The translations under genes were made by a program, and so were the position numbers. From Euglena gracilis (lineage: Eukaryota), in the NCBI GenBank assembly GCA_039621445.1, contig CP154954.1, positions 7,141,425 to 7,205,424 of the forward strand: DNA of 64,000 nt, written 5' to 3'. Positions 1 to 13,752 of this stretch are shown here, piece by piece (position 1 is the first letter of the stretch; the number at the start of each line of letters is the position of its first letter). Under the pieces are notes generated by a model. The model ran no database searches. It had not been told where the DNA came from and saw nothing but the letters and a program-made list of their open reading frames with translations.

Positions 1-2189
1 TGCCCCTCACCCCCCCTTCAAAACCCTGCTTGCAAGTCATGAGGGGCAGAGCAAATTCCGCCTCTCCGCATCACATCCACGTCCCAGCCATTGTGCGCTT
101 GTCTGTTGCTGGTGTTCATCGGGATCGCCACGTTCTTTGTCCAGCTTTTCAAGTGAGTCGTGCGAGTTAATGATTTGTTTGCCTCCCATTCTGTGCTTAA
201 GTGATCCGCCTCCCCCCTCTCTTGCTGGAGGCTGATGCCTGCCTCGCCTGCCACCCCTATTGTCTTTTTCCTGCCGAAAGTTTGGGCTGACCAACACACT
301 GCCTTGCTGACACCCATAGTTTTATTATGTGTGGATCGAACGGATGGTGTTGGAAGGAAGATCAGAAGGTTATTTTGATGGGCCACCGATCAGGCCAAAA
401 GGCCAGATTCCTAAGATCGTTCTTATGTTTCCCGCTATTTTCAGGGATGGTGGTTCCACCAGAAGCCCAACCACATTTTTTTACCTGGTTTTGCTCATTG
501 TTTCCAAGCTCTCTCATTCCTCATTCTGGGAGGATCTGAGAATTCAACGAACGTTCGATTGGTTTATGCAGTGTACAGCATTCTTGCAATAGAGTTTTCA
601 ATCGTTTCAGCTCCATCACAAACTGGGGGACCGCATAATCTCAAGTAATCCTCGATAGTCTGCTTTTGGGGGGTGGATACTAAAAGGAAAAGGCCCAGGA
701 AAGCGTCTGAGACAGTTGTTTTCTCATTTTTTGGATAATATTTAATGTTTTTTTTTGTGGAATTAGAAATTAAGGATTTCCGCTGGCCAAAATTGCGGGA
801 GGCGATCACGTAATCAGCGGACCCCCCCCAGTGGGTTGAGGGGGGTCCAGCTGGTCCATTTTTTCCAGTGTCTAGCAAAATGGCTGGTCACTGGAACCCC
901 CCCGGCGTCCTTAAGCAACAGCCTGCCAGTTTCTGGTGTAAGTCAGGGTCCTTGAAAACCACATTGTCTGCATTTTCCCATTCAGTACTCCTGGACAGCA
1001 AAGCCACCAATAGCCCAAGCTTTGCACCACTCAACAGCCCAGTTGTGGGTCGGTGAGTCTTTTGTTCCGAATCTTCAGGTCTTTAGATTCTTGGACCATG
1101 GCACATGCTCAACCGTTCTGGGATTTGAAAAAAGCATCTTTTTTTGTTACCTTGAAAGAACTTCCTATTCCACAGCACATTCTTCGAGTTTTTTTTTAAA
1201 ACCATCCTTTTTGATAATTGTGCAGTGTCCCAGTTTTTTTAATTAATAACATTAATTTAGCACACTGAACGAGCTCAACTGAACGTTGTTGCACAATTTT
1301 TTAAAGGAAATTCTTCAAAAACAATTTCGCCAATGCTTTCTTCCAACGTGCACTGAGCAACGAGGTTTTGAGGTTGTGACTGGGAACGCTCTGTGAGGTC
1401 TTTTTTTTATTTTTATTTTTGGCACATCTTCTTTGGGGTGTTCTTATTATTATTATTTTGTGGGCAGAATTTATGTGTCTGATCATCTTTTTTGCATTTC
1501 GGCATTCCTGGATTGCCAAAGAAATTTCTTTTGATGATGTGATTTTGGAGGGCTGGAATCAAGCCTGCGAGGTAGTGCAAAAAATTATCGTCTCCAGCCG
1601 CTGTTTCCCATGTGCCTGGCAACGAACGCCTGCAGGCGCCTCGAGTCACCGTCCGGCACAGCTGGTTGTGTGCTAGCTGTGTCCTCCTACGGCGGGGTCA
1701 TTCAGATTGTACACCAACCAGACTTCCAGTGGGGGGGGGTACAAAAAATCCGTTTTATTTTCCGTAGAATGATAGAATGGTCCCTCGGCTTATGATTTAA
1801 TTCGCTCAAAGAAAGTAAAACTCGAACAAAAAACAAAACCCACTTGTGTTTTGGATAATGTTTTAAGGTGATCAGTCTCCACGCACATCTGACTGTCTGG
1901 GGTCAAAGTTGATGGGTTTTGTAAACTCTCGTTTTAATGAAAGTTATCCTCATTTGAACGCATCGAATGCCGATAGAGGTCATCCTGAAAAATGTGGCCC
2001 CCACCAATGTTAGAATTTCGCCGGAGCGTCTTGAAATCCTTCCGAAGTCCAAAGCCAGGGGGTGAAAATTTGGTTTTTCTTGGCGTCTCTTGTCGTCGTG
2101 GGCAATCAGCCCGAATGTGGCCTTCGCAGGAAGCACATCAAGTGGTGAAGTATTATGACTTTTTCTAAACAGCCAAATATCTATCCTAC

Positions 2190-2622
2190 CTGCCCCCCCC
2201 CCCCGGGCAATTGACGCCCCCGGGCAATTGTCACCCCTGGTTGTGCCGGCCAATTTGTCACCCCTGGGACATTGTCACCCCCCTCTGTGCTGCCCAATTC
2301 GTCCCCCCCCCACACAGAAGATGTCTGTGAATTTTCTGGTCGCCGACATGACTCGATTGGTCTGCTATTTTGCTACAGCGTGCTGTGAACTTTCGCATAC
2401 CAAATGCTCACAACCATAGCTGCATTTTTGCTTGTTCAATTGCGTTTTTGATGGTGTTTTTGGTCATTTGGTTTTAATGTGGCTTACATGAGTGGGCAAT
2501 TGACGCCCCCAGGCAGTTGACGCCCCCCTCTGTGCCGGCCAAATTGTCACCCCGGGAAATTGTCAACCACCCCCACGTGCTGCCCGATTTGTCGCGCGAC
2601 AATTGCCCGGGGGGGGGGGGGC
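2190..2622. mobile_element. MITE-like element with C-run-GGGCAATTG terminal inverted repeats and internal GGGCAATTG(A/T)C repeats
   Basis: Left tgcccccccc..cgggcaattg, right caattgcccggggg..gggca; a collapsed copy lies at 13617-13752 and a reverse-strand relative at ~62255-62432. Confidence 0.6.
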
Positions 2623-4539
2623 ATGAAGTGAGCAAGATAGGATACATTAACCCACTCGTCATCACAGTTAAACCCACCTGTGTCTTTATGTTTTTAAAAA
2701 TAAATTTTTTTAACAATTTATAACAAAAACAAATAAACAAAATGATTTGGCGAGAGATCTGCTTGTATTGTCTTTTTGTGCTGGCCGAGTGTCACATCCC
2801 CCCCCCCTTTTGCCCCCCATAAAGTGAAATTGCCTCTCTCTGGTCAGAGGCTAAGAACCTCGGTCTTTGGATGAAGAATTGGTGAGGAAGTGTTTCTCTG
2901 AGCAGTTAAATTTTCGCAGCGGATGGTCCAGTGTGGTCTCGTGTGCTATGACGTCGCATGCAGTTTTTTTTTTTAAATGGCACAGTGTTTGTGGAAGAGC
3001 CCCGCCATCCCAGTTCGCACCACTGCCGAGTTCCAGTACTGGCTTCGGCCACGTACTATGATGGAGGCCAGCGCCCCCGTGTAGCCCTGGGCTGCACTCG
3101 CGCGAGCCGTCCTATATCGCCGGCTCTGGCGGTGGTGTGGCTGGCGGTGGGGTCGGGAGCAGCCTCCCCAAGCCCAGACCCACAGTCCAGCGTCTGTTGG
3201 TTTGTGCTGGCATCGCCCTGCGCGTCATAAACAGGTTCAGGTGGACCCAGACCTGAATTTCTTCAAATGTCGATGGACCGTCCCAAACCTGGCCAGGCTT
3301 AGGCTCTGAGGCTAGCCCTCGCCACGCAGCCAGGGAAAAGCCCGAGGCCAGCACACCCTGACTTGGCTGGGACTGCGGTGGTCGCAAGAGGACCGGGGAG
3401 GGTGAACAAAGTCAAACGATGGTTGGGAAGATATACCGCCCCCATGAGTTGCTGAGCATGGACAGAAAACTGGTGAAGCGGCAGGATAGAGACGCCCGGG
3501 AGTGCGCCAGCCTTGGCGAGCTGCCGCAACCTCAAGGATGTTTTGACATGGATCCCGGGCCTCTTGGTACCTCGTGCTAGAGGTTAAACACAGAGAAGGT
3601 GCAATGTTTTAATGTGGCACCATCCCCAAACTGAGGAAGCCGCCGGATGTGAGGCACCTGGGCCCACACAGTCGGGATACCTCCCAACCCGACTGGCATT
3701 TGGTGCTTGCGCTGGCATCAAATCAGAGTGATGGCGGCTGCTTAAACAAATTTGTCAGGGTAGCGAGCGGCCTGTTTGGAATGTGAGTCCAAAGTGAAAA
3801 TAATCGGGGGTTGTGTTTGGGATGCAGCAGCCACGGATGGAGAGGGGCACACCGTGCCAGTGGGTGGTGACCCCAGAAAGCATCCCACGTTTTTTTTTTA
3901 AAATGCAAAAGGGCAGCAGGAAAGGCCGAGTCTCGTCAGGTGTGGAGAAAGGTGTTGCTCGGTGCGCATCGCAAGGTTTAGAAAACAGCGAAACTGAATG
4001 GATAATGCAGAGTGGAGGACGAAAAATCCTGGAGTTAAAACGGGAGAGACCACTCAAATGCCTCCTCCATATTCTTGGTGTAGGGAGGTTTTATAGTTAT
4101 ATTGCATGTCTTTGGAATAAAGTCGTACTGATTCGTGTGCTATAAGTAAACAGCTGGTCAGTACCCGGGCGATATATGAGAAGTAGAATTTCTCGGGGAT
4201 GCCAACACTTTGGCCTCCTGCATTCCAATGTGTTTGTGGTTGGGAAGGGTTCATCGGATTATACACTACTCCTTGAAGTGAGGGCTGGTGTTCAAAACAA
4301 GATCAGTCATTGAGACACACACACACAGACACACACAAAAATCATAGGAAACAGAAGGGGGTGTCGTATTCTTGGCCACTGTTCTTGTGTTCAAAAGGAA
4401 AGGCGTTCCCCTCCCAGCTGATGGTGAAGCGGTACGACGTCGGGGTGGAACAATGTACACACAAAGACCCCCCCCCCCAACTCCCTCAAACTCCCATTAC
4501 CCGCGTGCGCGTACCCATTACTGCTGGGGAAGTGGGGCC

Positions 4540-4569
4540 CCTCTTTTCCCCGCCCCCAACGCTTCGCAG
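4540..4569 (+). promoter_or_regulatory. Putative spliced-leader trans-splice acceptor upstream of cytochrome b561
   Basis: Pyrimidine tract cctcttttccccgcccccaacgcttcgcAG ending 13 nt before ATG 4582; inference from euglenozoan biology. Confidence 0.45.
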
Positions 4570-4581
4570 GGGTTGTTAAGA

Positions 4582-7500
4582 ATGCAGTTTGCCGCACCGG
4601 CTCCGGAGGTTGGGCAGGCGGAGTATTTCACGCCGACGCCCGAGGTGTACGTGTACCCGGAAGAGCCACAACCTGAGGTGGGGAAGTGGCCCGAAGGTGT
4701 GCTCCACTCCTGTCCTTCTGTGTTTCACTCTTGTTTATATCAGTGTCCGGTGTATTGACTTTTTTTTTAATTTCACTTTCAGTTTATTTATGGGGTATGA
4801 TGCAGCGACACGATGGTGCAGGAGTGTTCCTGTTTTGAAAGGAATGAAATAGTTTTCAGAATTGTAGAATACCTTGTTCCACACGCCTTTGCATTTGGTT
4901 AGGCTAATTCTCTTCTTGTTGCATTTTTGCAGAAAACCTTTTACGACTCCACAGGGGGCCAGCCAGAAGTACCCCCAACCTCCCGCCCATGGCATTGGTG
5001 GCGGTGGGTACTGTGGACCAGACCAACGTTCGGAGCCAGTCACCAAAAAACATCGCGAGTAAATTGTTGCATGTGCTATTCTCAAAAGGAAATTGACATA
5101 TTTGCGTTTCTCTATATTATTGATAAGAAAACTCATAATCTATTTTCCCGATTACCAATATTTGGTGATTTCAAATGCATTAATACTCTATGTAATTTTC
5201 TCCTTCCCCATCTCCCATTATTTTGTGTTGTTTGTGAGATATTGTTTCAAAAATTTTGCCATTGGTATCCGCTTGATTTAGCGAGATATTATTGATTTCT
5301 CCCTCATTGCTGTTCCCATTTCCCTAATGTCCAGCACCACCCTCCCTAGTTATGCAGGGATTTTTTTTAACAGGTTGGACCCTGGGGGACGGGGCAGGGT
5401 GGGTGGTCTACCGGACAGCCCCCCCCCCCCCCGCCCGCCGAGGGGTTCCCTCCAAGTGCCTTGTGGGTCCCCCGCAAGGTAATGGCCTTTTTGACCTTTT
5501 TCGGGTGCAAAGCGCCAAAATTTTGTCTCCATATTTGACCAAATTTGACAAAAATGTTCCTCCCCGAGGTGGCTCCCTGAGTAGGGGCACCCTGAGTGAT
5601 TTCCAGTGTATCCTAACAATGGGCGGGGGGTTGCTTTGTCCTGCCCTGGGGTAGTTTTTGGTCCTAGACGCCCAACCAACGCTGGCCTGAGGCGGGCGCT
5701 GCCCCGCCTGCTGCTCGTGCCCTTCCTCGCCCTGTTCTTCCTGTGGGTGTTCAACGCCGAGGGGGGCGTCGGGCTCGACGCCTCCAGCCTCTTCGGCCTG
5801 CACGCCGTGCTGATGGTCGTCTTTGTGCTGCCCAGGCCCCCTACCGATGGCTCATGTTGCAACGCGAATGTGCAGCGAATGAGTCTCAAGTGCGACTGCG
5901 TTTTTTTGGAAAATCGTATTGGACAGCATGGTGAAGGGAAGGGGCACGTCACAAAAAGATCGAAAATTGTATCAAAGGTCAAATACTTTCAAGTTTTATG
6001 TGATTTTTTTGGGGTTACGTTAATCAGTTTCTAGCTGAGCCTCACAGACGAAGGATTCGAGAAGCCAAACCGGTCGATTATTATGGAAAAAATATGGGGA
6101 ATTTCAATAATTTTACAATTTTTTTCTATGGCAATTTTTTGTATCCCACCGACTTAAGGATCTTTGCAAGCACATTTTCATTGTGGTATCGTTCTTCAAC
6201 TTCTCTTTGTTCCCCAACATCTTTTTGGATGTTTGGTGGATGATTGGCTGGGGCCTTGTTCCGATCTGCATGCAGGAGGCCCTCCTCGTTTATTCCGTTC
6301 CGCTTTTCGGGCCTCTGCCGGTTCCCCGAGCTGCCTCCAAGTATGCCGCCCCCAACTCGACGTGGCTGTGATGTGGCAACGATGAATGGGAGGCTGGCCA
6401 GTATTGAGGTCGGGGTTGACACAGCCACTCAGAACGTCTTCCGCATTCAAGCTGCAGAAAGGTCGGTTGGAGTGGGACCAAGCTTCTGCGGTTCACTTCG
6501 CTGCGGTTAAATGCCCTTTTTTGATTTTTGGGTTTTTTATTTGGATCTGTCTTAAAATTCATTACAAGTCCCATTCTCAGCTCGACACGGAGGAACTTTT
6601 TTTTCGAGTCTGGGGACCCCCCAAGGGGGTCTAGCCAGTGGCTTCGTTGCAGTGATTCGCAAAATGGCTGGTCAGCGGCCCCTGGGGACCTGAAGCAGGA
6701 GGCTGAGCGGGACAGGCGTTTCTTCTACTGTGGAAATCTACCAAATCTCCAACAGCCTTTCCCTCAGTCTCTTTTCATTTCCTTTTTCGTCAGAAAACCC
6801 CCCGGGCAAGAGGCAGAGAGGCGGAATCATCTGTTTCTCTGCAAAAAGAAAAACACGGAATTTTGGCAAATTGATTGGAATGGCAAATTTACGACAATAG
6901 CATCCTAAAATATTAAAATGAAGTGTCAACAATCCACACGACTTAGAAATAATGTGAATGCCTGTTTTGATGTTTTATAATTTATTTTTTATTTTTTGTT
7001 TAGATTTTGCTTATTTTAGTTTGAAAAATATATGCCCCAAATATTATTTACCCCTGGCCAGAATTTCGCATTCCTAAATATGTACCCCCGGGGGGAGTTT
7101 TGGGGGGAGTTGAGGAAAATGTTTCAAATGGTTTCAACGAGGAAAATATTTCAACAAACAAAATGTTGGAGAATGAAAGGATTTGGCTGCATGCATCATT
7201 GATGGCTGGATGGCTGACCGGATGGATCGATGGTTGGGAGAAAGAGTATAGGGTTGGCAGGCGTAAACAGGAAGGCTGGGCAGTGGCCTCTGGCATTCGT
7301 TTTCCTCCAGGGCTGCCCGGTTCCACACGGTGCTCCTGTGCAGGGCCGTCCACGCCGTCTTCCACCTGGCCGGCCTGGGGTGCGCCATCGGGGGGCTGGT
7401 GGCCATCGTCTCCTACAAGCGCCAGAACGGCGACAACGTCTACCCGAACTACCCGGTGTACACCCCCCACTCCTGGGTGGCCATTGCCTTCCTCGCGTTG

Positions 7501-9705
7501 TGGACCATGGATTCATTCAACACCCGTGTGACCCCACCCCCCAGGGGGCAGGGCACACAGGATATCCTCCCCAAAAACCCCCGAAAACCCCATTTTTTCA
7601 CACCTTCCAAAGTTTCAACAGTTTCTCAAAATTTTGATTCTGAGAGGTTTTTGATTAAAAAACACGCCATTGAAAATCCAAAAATTTCCAAGAGAAAAAA
7701 TGTCAGTAAAATTTGATTGTGCCATAGTTTGGTTTCAATTTTTTGACCTGCATTTTTTTCACCACCTCCTAAGAACTACCAAGGTTTAAACCGGAAATTT
7801 TTTTGTGAAAAAATATGTGGTTTTCCATGAGAGAAATTTTATTTTGGGTTCATTTTTCAAAAAAATTTTCAAAAAATTTTCCTGTTGTCTTGGAATTGTG
7901 AAAATGCTGTGGTGGGTGGGTGGGGTCGACCCCCCCACCAGGTCTTTCTGTTCTGCCATTTCCAGGGGGTGGTTGGGTTTTCGAGAGTGGTTGGGTGAGT
8001 GGGTGGGACAATTGGGGGGGGGGACCTTTTCCTCGGACCCCAAACCACCCACCAAAACCTATCCTCCCACGACCCCTCCCCCGAAGGTGAGGGTCAACAA
8101 CCCACCCACCCTTTCAATCTAGTCAGAATCGGCCGAAAGCACTTAAATTTTTCAGGCATGGTGCTTGGCTGGTCCAAAATCTGTCACGAAGTGAATCTGT
8201 GTTGTAGATCCTCCAGCTGCTGGGAGCAATCCACTGCCACGCACGGTGGTGTCAAACGAGGGAGGTTCTGTTCAGTCGAATGCGCGTTTCCTTCAAGATG
8301 TTTGCATTTTTTTTAATTCACAGTTGTATTTTTAATGCTTTTGAGCTTCAACATTTGTCACCAAGGTTTCATGCATTTCCACCAGTGAGATCAATAGTTC
8401 TGCAGTAACTTTAGGTGGCATGCAAAACCACTTTTTGCGTAGTTTTTGCATCCGGTCCAGAGAGAAACTGCATGCATGACTTGATTCACAAACCTACCTA
8501 TCCGAAGTGATTTCACTCTGTTCTGGCCAAAAACCCATTATCAGGAAGTTCATCACCGCTGATCATGGTGCTGTTAGTGAAATTGCTGTGTAGCTTCCCA
8601 TAGCAGCTGCAGTGGCTTGTCGTTGAGGTGCTGTTGTTTTTGTTCTCGTCAAGGATGAGCAGATCAAGCAACGATGCAGGGTCACCACCCATCTCGTGAC
8701 GATTTGTTTGTTTGTCTGCGCACGTGCACCTATGCCGCCGAACTCTGAATTACATAAGCAATGAAATTGTTTGGTTTAATTGTTTTCTGTTTGATGTATT
8801 GTTAGTAAGGCACAAATTATTGAAGCCTCTTAATTGTTTGTGTCAGTTTAATATGTCAGTTTGGGGCAAAGAGGTCCCGGGGGGGGGGCAAATGGGAATC
8901 TGTGTCGGTGGGGTCTTCCGTCTATCTTTCGTGTGACCTTCTGACCCGCCCCAGATCCCAGGTTTCGCTGGGTTTTGTGACAACGACGTCGGATTCCAGC
9001 TCAGCCAGCTGGCCGGAGGTTTTAGGGAACGCTGCCAAAATGCTGACAAGTGAGATACATGTAAAATAGACCTCATCTCTCGAACAATTTTCCAATTCAG
9101 ATGGATCTGCTCACCTGAGCCAGATCCATCCAACCCCCCTGGCTGAAGTGCCAAAAATTTTTACAGGTGGCAGTCTGCCAGATTGGATCTCCAATCCGAC
9201 CACCACACTTTTTTTCCAGCCAACTCCTGTCACCCAGCTGCCGGAATTCCGCTGGGGGATTCCGCCATCTCCATTTCCTGTGTGGGAAAGCGTTCAGCAG
9301 AGAAATCACCCGGAATTTTTCAAATTTTGATCGGGATCGGCGGTGCGGGCGACGTTCCACCGCTTCTTCGGGAACGTGACCTACGGGGTCGGCCTCACCA
9401 CGTGTGCCTTAGGCTTCCAGGACATGCAGTCCAGCGACCTCTCGTGGCTGGCAACCAGAGATTGCTTTAATAATAATAATATTTGAGCCCCACGGACGCT
9501 TGTTCTAATAATTGGTTTTCTAAGAAAGTGCTCAATGTCCCAACCCCCTGCCGGATCCCCTGCGCTCTTGAATGGAAGTCTCTGCGTCCGATGCCCAACA
9601 TGACGGACGCAATGGCGTCTATGGCGGGCATGGACATGGCCATGCCCGACATGCCCACGGGCTACCAGTACAACTCCATCCTGGCCTGCTACTCCAGCGC
9701 CTGCA
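4582..9705 (+). CDS. Cytochrome b561 family (ascorbate-dependent transmembrane reductase), multi-exon; last TM exon not found
   Basis: Exons ~4582-4677, 4933-~5015, ~5689-5829, 6263-6340, 7344-7502, 8207-~8245, ~9335-9452, 9590-~9705. Spliced product has four heme-ligand His contexts (LFGLHAVLM, KAVHAVFH, YTPHSWVA, TFHRFFG), the QEALLVY motif, and TM helices. Confidence 0.88.
9453..9589 (+). other. Euglenid-type nonconventional intron
   Basis: Starts AACCAGAGATT (CAG at +4..+6), ends AGTCTCTGCGTCC (CTG at -8..-6, Y at -1). Ends are complementary, and removal keeps the frame (WL-A-MPNM). Confidence 0.85.
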
Positions 9706-12700
9706 GACCACGGTGGCTGGAATCATATATCATATGTGTGCACCCATTCTAAGGGAAAGTGTTCCCGCGAAATTGTTGTTTCACCAACATTTTGGATTAC
9801 CCCGACGTTTTTTGCAGCACCCGGAGGGAGATTCCTGGGAGGGGCGTATGGGACATCAACAGGCATTTTTATTAAAAAATGCCCGATAATGGCCTTTCAA
9901 AATCAAATTTTGGGCTCTACAGGTGGGGGTCCCAAAATCAATCCGAAAATGGCCGAAAATGAAAGAAATATGTTGCAATTTTGCAATTTTTTTTCGAGTC
10001 TTTATTTTGCTCAAAAGTTTCTTTGTGGTTGTCGTTCAAAATAAAAGGCCAAATTTTCGTGGATTCCGGTTGGAGTTGATATAATTTCAGACAAAAGAAG
10101 CTCATTTCCAAAACTTTGCCATATTGCAACAAAAATTTCTTTGACCTCTTTAATCCCTGAGCATTCGTTCCAAACGAATTTTTTTGGATGTGTTTGCTTT
10201 ATTTGTTGCTCACACCTGCATGAATGATCAAATGCATTGATGATATGAAAGGAGTATAAAATAATTTTACTTTCCCACCTTTCGGAAAAATTGGCCGAAA
10301 ATGGCTGAAAATGGCCGAAAATGGCCGAAAATGACAAAAATCTGGGTGTCGATTGTAGGAGCTTGGTTTTCAAAAAGAGAAGAACAAAGCTTTTGGAATT
10401 TCGCTACATAACGCTTTCCCCCGATTGTTAAATCCATCCAGAGGCCCACTGGGTGCAAGTATCTACCACACTCATGAAACTGACGCATTTGCGAAGAAAA
10501 GAAGTAGTTTGCTTCTCCCTGCCTAATTACTCGTATTAAATATTTCTCCAGGCATACTTTTTGTGCCGAGCTAGATGTTGTACTGGAAGGACTTTGGAAA
10601 CCAAAAGTTTGTCTGGCCCGTTGCACCTGGGGGTCCGAACAAGGAAGCTCCACAGCTCACCCCCCACGGGGGATCGCCCCCCCCCCCTAGTTTTGGAAGG
10701 GGGATCCCTCCCTCCCCCTTCTCTGCGTGGGCAAAAAAAATTCCGGGTGTGTATTTTAGGACTCTTTTGAGGCTCAACGTGAAATTTTGGCAAAATGACG
10801 AAAAATGACCGTATTGTAGGACCTAGTGGTACGACCCGGTCGGGTATTGTATGTTGGGGTGGTGTCCGACCCCCCCCCCGGGTCGGGGGTTTCAGGAACC
10901 TGGTCGTTGGACAGGGGGGGGGGGAATTCGGGGCAGGCGGGGAATTGCGTCAAAATCAAAATGCTGTTAGACAGGGAATTTAAGGGCTTCAATTTAATTT
11001 GGTTCTTTGACATTTCCTCTGATTCCCCGCCATTTTTGAGAAATTTCAGAAAAATTGATTTTTTTGACCTAAAAAAGCCGGCCTAAATTTTCGGCGACCG
11101 AAAACTGGAGGAGGTACGACGGGGGGTCCCCCCCCCCCTAGTTTTGGAAGGGGGGTCCCCCCCACTCCCCCCCCCCCTCAGAGATTCCCTTACAACCCTG
11201 CCCCTCCCCCCCCTTTAATACCCTGCTCGCAAGTCATGAGGGGCAGAGCAAATTCCGGCCTCTCCGCATCCGCATCCACGTCCCAGCCACTGTGTGCCTG
11301 TCTGTTGCTGGTGTTCATCGGGATCGCCACATTCTTTGTCCAGCTTTTCAAGTGAGTCGTGCGAGTTAATGATTTGTTTGCCTCCCATTCTGTGCTTAAG
11401 TGATCCGCGTCCCCTCTCTCTTGCTGGAGGCTGATGCCTGCCTCGCTTGCCACCCCTATTGTCTTTTCCCTGCTGAAAGTTTGGGCCGACCAACGCGCTG
11501 CCTTGCTGACACCCATAGTGTTATTATGTGTGGATCGAACGGATGGTGTTGGAAGGAAGATCGGAAGGTTATTTTCATGGGCCACCGATCAGGCCAAAAG
11601 GCCAGATTCCTAAGATCGTTCTTATGTTTCCCGCTATTTTCAGGGATGGTGTTTCCACCAGAAGCCCAACCACATTTTTAGCCTGGTTTTGCTCATTGTT
11701 TCCAAGCTCTCTGATTCCTCATTCTGGGAGGATCTGAGAATTTAACGAACGTTCGATGAGTTTATGCAGTGTACAGCATTCTTGCAATAGAGTTTTTGAT
11801 CGTTTCAGCTCCATCACAAATTGGGGGACAGGATAATCTCAAATAATCCTCGATAGTTTGCTTATTTGGGGGGAAAATAGTAAAAGAAAAGGCCGAGGAA
11901 AGCGTCCGACACAAGACAGTTGTTTTCTCATTTTTTGGATATATTATATTTTATGTTTTTTTTTGTGGAATTAGAAATTAAGGATTTCCGCTGGCCAAAA
12001 TTGCGGGAGACGATCACGTAATCAGCGGACCCCCCCCCAGTGGGGGTGAGGGGGGTCCAGCTGCTCCATTTTTTCCAGTGTCTAGCAAAATGGCTGGTCA
12101 CTGGAACCCCCCCCCCCCGGCGTCCTTAAGCAACAGCCTGCCAGTTTCTGGTGTAAGTCAGGGTCCTTGAAAACCACATTGTCTGCATTTTCCCATTCAG
12201 TACTCCTGGACAGCAAAGCCACCCTAGCCCAAGCTTTGCACCACTCAACAGCCCAGTTGTGGGTCGGTGAGTCTTTTGTTCCGAATCTTCAGGTCTTTAG
12301 ATTCTTGGACCATGGCACATGCTCAACCGTTCTGGGATTTGAAAAAATCTTATTTTTGTTGTTACCTTGAAAGAACTTCCTATTCCACAGCATATTCTTC
12401 GATTTTTTTCTAAAACCATCTTTTCTTATAATTTTGCAGTGTCCCAGTTTTTTTTTAATTAATAACATTAATTTAGCACACTGAACGTGCTCAACTGAAC
12501 GTTGTTGCACAATTTTTTTTAAAGGAAATTCTTCAAAAAACAATTTCCTCAATGCTTTCTTCCAACGTGCACTGAACAACAAGGTTTTGAGGTTGTCACT
12601 GGGAACGCTATGTGAGCTCTTTTTTTTATTTTTATTTTTTGGCAGGTCTTCTTTGGGGTGTTCTTATTATTATTATTATTTTGTGGGAAAATTTATGTGT

Positions 12701-13616
12701 CTGATATTTTTTTTGCATTTCGGCATTCCTGGATTGCCAAAGAAATTTCTTTTGATGATGTTATTTTGGAAGGCTGGAATCAAGCCTGCGAGGTAGTGTA
12801 AAAAATTATCGTCTCCAGCCGCTGTTTCCCATGTGCCTGGCAACGAACGCCTGCAGGCGCCTCGAGTCACCGTCCGGCACAGCTGGTTGTGTGCTAGCTG
12901 TGTCCTCCTACGGCGGGGTCATTCAGATTGTACACCAACCAGACTTCCAGTGGGGGGGGGTACAGAAAAATCCGTTTTATTTTCCGTAGAATGATAGAAT
13001 GGTCCCTCGGCTTATGATTTAATTCGCTCAAGGAAAGTAAAACTCGAATAAAAAACAAAACCCACTTGTGTTTTGGATAATATTTTAAGGTGATCAGTCT
13101 CCACGCACATCTGACTTCAAAAGGCGTTGAACTTCACTCGGGGGGTTGAAGGGGGTTGACATTCTTGACTTTCAAACGTAACGTCAAATCGCTTTCATAC
13201 CGTGGCCATAGTTTCTCCATCTCCATCAAAACTTCTTCAAAAGGCAACCCTTTGTCAATTGGCAAAATTTTGGGTTCGAGAGCTTGTAAAAGCCAATCCA
13301 ATTTTCGGTCGTTTCGCAAAATGTCTGGGGTCAAAGTTGATAGGGTTTCTAAACTCTCGTTAAAATGAAAGTTATCCTCATTTGAACGCAGCGAATGCCG
13401 ATAGAGGTCATCCCTGAAAAATATGGCCCCCACCAATGTTTCCACCAAGAATTTCGCCGGAGCGTCTTGAAATCCCTTCGAAGTTCAAAGCCAGGGGGTG
13501 AAAATTTGGTTTTTCTTGGCATCTCTTGTCTTCGTGGGCAATCAGGCATTCGCAGGAAGCACATCAAGTGGTGAAGGATTATGACTTTTCTAAACAGCCA
13601 ACTATCTATCCCACCT

Positions 13617-13752
13617 GCCCCCCCCCCCCCCGGGCAATTGACGCCCCCGGGCAATTGTCACCCCCCTCTGTGCCGGCCAAATTGTCACCCCGGGAAATTT
13701 TCACCGCCCGTGCTGCCCGATTTGTCACGCGACAATTGCCCGGGGGGGGGGC
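13617..13752. mobile_element. Internally deleted copy of the GGGCAATTG MITE-like element
   Basis: Same termini as 2190-2622 but ~300 bp shorter; the deletion falls between internal gggcaattgacgccccc direct repeats. Confidence 0.6.

Larger units (their letters stand above)
1..9601 (+). repeat. Segmental tandem duplication, copy 1 (left end at or beyond window edge)
   Basis: Near-identical, collinear with 11199-19794 (e.g. 21 aaaccctgcttgcaagtcatgagggg vs 11221 ccctgctcgcaagtcatgagggg; 8.1-9.6 kb vs 18.3-19.8 kb); paired ORFs in the ORF track. Confidence 0.95.

Noticed and set aside
18-1730. Minus-strand coding-like fragments (e.g. NPRTVEHVPWSKNLKT, 122-aa ORF)
   Set aside because: Interrupted by stops, no recognisable family; may be a decayed element.
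2985-3560. GC-rich stretch (ATYYDGGQRP..) as an RNase H or retroelement remnant; duplicated at ~14110-14660
   Set aside because: One short motif, stops in all frames, no supporting domains; cannot be supported without a search.
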